64,000 nt of DNA from Longimicrobiales bacterium (GTDB taxonomy: Bacteria; Gemmatimonadota; Gemmatimonadetes; Longimicrobiales; Gaopeijiaceae). The notes below the pieces were generated by a model. The model was not told the origin of the DNA. It saw only the letters and a list, made by a program, of their open reading frames with translations, and did no database searches. Shown in pieces: positions 61,173 through 64,000 of the stretch (within the stretch, counting starts at the first letter, position 1; each line of letters begins with the position of its first letter). The translations under genes were made by a program, and so were the position numbers. The stretch covers positions 1-64,000 of the forward strand of contig CBDANQ010000029.1 of NCBI GenBank assembly GCA_965197725.1. The letters are read 5' to 3'.

Positions 61173-62338
61173 GTGATGTGGGTGCCCGAGCGCAGTCGAT
61201 CCTCGGGTATCTGGCCGGGCGGCGCGACGCCATGGTCGAGATGCTCGTCTCGCTGGCGTGCAAGGAGTCGCCGAGCGACGTGGTGGCTTCCCAGGCGGCG
61301 GTGCAATCGGAGCTGTCCGGGGCATTGTCTGAGCTCGGTTTCCGAGTGCGACACGTCTCGGGTCGAGAGACGGGTGGGCACTTGTTCGCGGTGCCTGAGA
61401 GGCGCGAGCGAGGCAGGCCCGCACAGCTGCTGATCGGGCACTCGGACACGGTTTGGCCACTCGGTACGCTGGAGTCGATGCCGGTCGTTGTCGAGAACGG
61501 CTCGGTGCGTGGGCCTGGCACCTTCGACATGAAGGCTGGCATCGTGCAGGGTCTCTTCGCGCTGCGCGCGCTGCGCGACCTCGGTCATCAACCGCCTGCG
61601 ACACCGATCTGGTTCATCAACTCCGACGAGGAGATCGGGAGCCCCGAGTCGAAGCGCTACGTTCGGCTGATCGCCAAGCACGTCGCGCGCACTTTCGTGC
61701 TCGAGCCGGCCCTGGGCCCGGACGGCCACCTCAAGACAGCCCGCAAGGGTGTCGGGCGCTTCAAAGTGCGGGTCCACGGCAAGGCCGCTCATTCGGGGCT
61801 CGACCCCACGGGAGGGGCCTCGGCGATCCATGAGCTTATGCACGTCGTGCGACGTATTCACGCGCTGGCCGATCCCGAACGCGGGGTGACCGTGAATGTC
61901 GGCGTCGTTCGGGGTGGCACGCGAGTGAACGTGATCGCGGCGGGAGCCGAGGCGGAAGTCGACGTGCGCATCCTGTCGGCCTCCGATGGAGAGGCCATCG
62001 CCAAGACCATCCGTGGACTCGAGCCGCTGACCCCTGGCACGTCGATAGAGATCGAGGGAGGCATCGAGATACCGCCGTTGGAGCGTACCGCTCGGAACCG
62101 ACTGCTGTGGCGGGCCGCGACCGCAGCGGGAAGCCGTCTGGGCATCGAGCTAGACGAGGACATATCGGGCGGTGGCTCCGACGGAAATACGACCAGCCAG
62201 TTCACCGCGACGCTCGACGGGCTCGGTCCCCGGGGGGGCGGGGCCCACGCGCGACATGAGCACGTCGAGATCGAGGGCCTGGTTGAACGTGCGGCGCTGT
62301 TGGCGGAACTGCTAATGAGCCCCGTGGAGTCAGGTTAG
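61169..62338 (+). CDS. M20 family metallopeptidase (carboxypeptidase G2-like)
   Basis: GHSDTV, GPG..DMKAG, DEEIGS, GGSDGN, DGLGP.GGGAH. Confidence 0.9.
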   Translation: MSDVGARAQSILGYLAGRRDAMVEMLVSLACKESPSDVVASQAAVQSELSGALSELGFRVRHVSGRETGGHLFAVPERRERGRPAQLLIGHSDTVWPLGTLESMPVVVENGSVRGPGTFDMKAGIVQGLFALRALRDLGHQPPATPIWFINSDEEIGSPESKRYVRLIAKHVARTFVLEPALGPDGHLKTARKGVGRFKVRVHGKAAHSGLDPTGGASAIHELMHVVRRIHALADPERGVTVNVGVVRGGTRVNVIAAGAEAEVDVRILSASDGEAIAKTIRGLEPLTPGTSIEIEGGIEIPPLERTARNRLLWRAATAAGSRLGIELDEDISGGGSDGNTTSQFTATLDGLGPRGGGAHARHEHVEIEGLVERAALLAELLMSPVESG

Positions 62339-62340
62339 GA

Positions 62341-63597
62341 ATGAGTCACACGCACATCGCGATCCTGGGTGCTGGACCCATGGGTCTCGAGGCCGCCCTG
62401 GCGGCGGCGGGCGCGGGGCTCGACTTCACGGTTTTCGAGGTGGCGGACGGCCCCGCCGGCAACGTGCGCTCGTGGGGGCACGTGCGTCTTTTCACGCCGT
62501 GGTCCATCAATGTGTCCACGAGGGCCAGAGCGCGGCTCGCGGCGGCCGGCGTCACGGTGCCCGATGGGGATCGTTGCCCGACGGGTCATGAGCTCGTGCG
62601 CGACCTGCTCGAGCCCATCGCGGAGCTCCTGGACGTTGCCCCACATGTCCGGTATGGAACGCGGGTCCTGGAGATCGGGCGCGACGGGCTGTTGAAGAGC
62701 GACGAGATCGGCACCGCCCAACGCGGAGAGACGCCTTTTCGCATTCTGGTCGAACAAGCGGGCGAAGAGAGGCTCGTCTTCGCCGACGTGGTCCTCGACT
62801 GCACGGGCAGCTACCGCAACCCCAACGCCCTGGGCAGGAGCGGGATACACGCACCGGGTGAACGGTCCGTTTCCGACTCCATCGTCCGTATCCTGCCAGA
62901 CCTCATCGGGAACGAGTCCGACTGGGCCGGGCAGAGGATCCTGCTGGTGGGCGAGGGCTACTCGGGGCAGACGGCTGCCCGAGATCTGACGGAACTGTGC
63001 TCGAGGCACCCCGACACCGAGGTGACATGGGCGATCCGCAGCCAACCGCCGACGCTCGGGGAGGTCGAGAACGATCCGCTCCCCGAGCGAGCGGCACTCG
63101 CGGTGCACGCCCGTGGCCTGATATCGGCGGCGACGAGCGGCAGCGCGAAGGGCCCGGGGATTAAGGATCCAGGGATCGTGGTTCGCCTCGGCCGCTCCGT
63201 CGAGACGCTGTGGCGCACTTCCGCCGGCATCGAGGTGACCCTTCGCAGCTCCCGGGCGGGTGGAACGGAGACCGTGGTGGTCGATCGCGTCATCGCGCTC
63301 ACGGGCTACGTGGGGGATCACACGATCTACCGACAGCTCCAGGTACACGAGTGCTGGGCGATGTCGGGCCCGATGAAGCTCTCGGCGGCGTTACTCGCGT
63401 CTTCTTCGGTGGACTGCCTGGATCAGACGAGTCAGGGTGCTGACACGCTCAGAAACCCCGAGCCCGACTTCTTCATCTTGGGCGCCAAATCATACGGTCG
63501 GAACGCGACGTTCCTGATGCGAGTCGGCTGGGATCAGGTAGACGAAGTCTTTTCGCTTTTCAGTGCTACGCCCGCCATCGCGGGGGAGAGTAGATGA
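62341..63597 (+). CDS. FAD-dependent oxidoreductase/flavoprotein
   Basis: GAGPMGL, WGHVRLFTPW, GEGYSG, GAKSYGR..TFL. Confidence 0.8.
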   Translation: MSHTHIAILGAGPMGLEAALAAAGAGLDFTVFEVADGPAGNVRSWGHVRLFTPWSINVSTRARARLAAAGVTVPDGDRCPTGHELVRDLLEPIAELLDVAPHVRYGTRVLEIGRDGLLKSDEIGTAQRGETPFRILVEQAGEERLVFADVVLDCTGSYRNPNALGRSGIHAPGERSVSDSIVRILPDLIGNESDWAGQRILLVGEGYSGQTAARDLTELCSRHPDTEVTWAIRSQPPTLGEVENDPLPERAALAVHARGLISAATSGSAKGPGIKDPGIVVRLGRSVETLWRTSAGIEVTLRSSRAGGTETVVVDRVIALTGYVGDHTIYRQLQVHECWAMSGPMKLSAALLASSSVDCLDQTSQGADTLRNPEPDFFILGAKSYGRNATFLMRVGWDQVDEVFSLFSATPAIAGESR

Positions 63598-64000
63598 AGA
63601 TCGAACGCGCGGAGCTGAGGCAGATCCCGCTGCGCTTGAAAGAGTACTTCGAGAACAGCAGTGGCGGCGTGCAGGATCGCCGAGTTCTCCTTCTGACGCT
63701 GTATTCGGAGGGCGTCGAGGGATGGAGCGAATGTGTGGTGGGCGAGGATCCGGCCTACTCCTACGAGACCACGGGCACCGCGTGGCACGTGCTCACGGAA
63801 TACATCCTTCCAGGTATCGTCGGGCGGGATGCCGAAGCGCCGGAGGACATCCTGGCTCCGGTCCGTTGGGTGCGCGGCCACAACATGGCGAAGGCCTCCG
63901 TAGAAATGGCCGGCTGGGACCTCGCGGCGCGTGCCGACAGTGTCTCACTCTCCGAGAAGCTGGGCGGTGATCGCACCGTCGTGCCGGTCGGTGTGAGCGT
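63594..64000 (+). CDS. menC: o-succinylbenzoate synthase / N-succinylamino acid racemase (enolase superfamily), partial; not in ORF track
   Basis: MKIERAELRQIPLRL..F, GWSECV...P.YSYET, GHNMAKASVEMA.WDL, LGG.R..VPVGVS; runs off the window. Confidence 0.85.
   Translation, partial: MKIERAELRQIPLRLKEYFENSSGGVQDRRVLLLTLYSEGVEGWSECVVGEDPAYSYETTGTAWHVLTEYILPGIVGRDAEAPEDILAPVRWVRGHNMAKASVEMAGWDLAARADSVSLSEKLGGDRTVVPVGVS

Overview
GC-rich bacterial chromosome segment, probably Gemmatimonadota (inferred from gene content and order, not a database result). It has two very different parts. (1) 1-15310 is a nested, decaying accessory island: a deleted and an intact P4-like integrase, a mobC/oriT relic, a two-gene 3-TM + ThsB-like TIR module (Thoeris-like candidate with no ThsA), integron-cassette relics with attC-like sites, an IS110/IS1111-type element whose 3' non-coding end carries two duplicated attC-matching guide-like modules, and a satellite/prophage-like unit (interrupted P-loop ATPase, DUF5131, excisionase-like gene, integrase) hit by an IS1182/IS5-like element and an IS21. 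(2) 15311-64000 is core genome around the replication origin: LuxR-STAND regulator, modC and a modAB fusion, pyrE, dnaN-oriC-dnaA, rpmH-rnpA-yidD-yidC-mnmE-acyP-mnmG, two parS, parAB-M23-bactofilin, peptidases, lipA-pdhABC, lpdA, ispH, glcDEF and a menC/NSAR-like gene running off the end. Frameshifts in dnaA and several clean internal deletions suggest assembly error and/or erosion. All family assignments come from motif recognition by eye.
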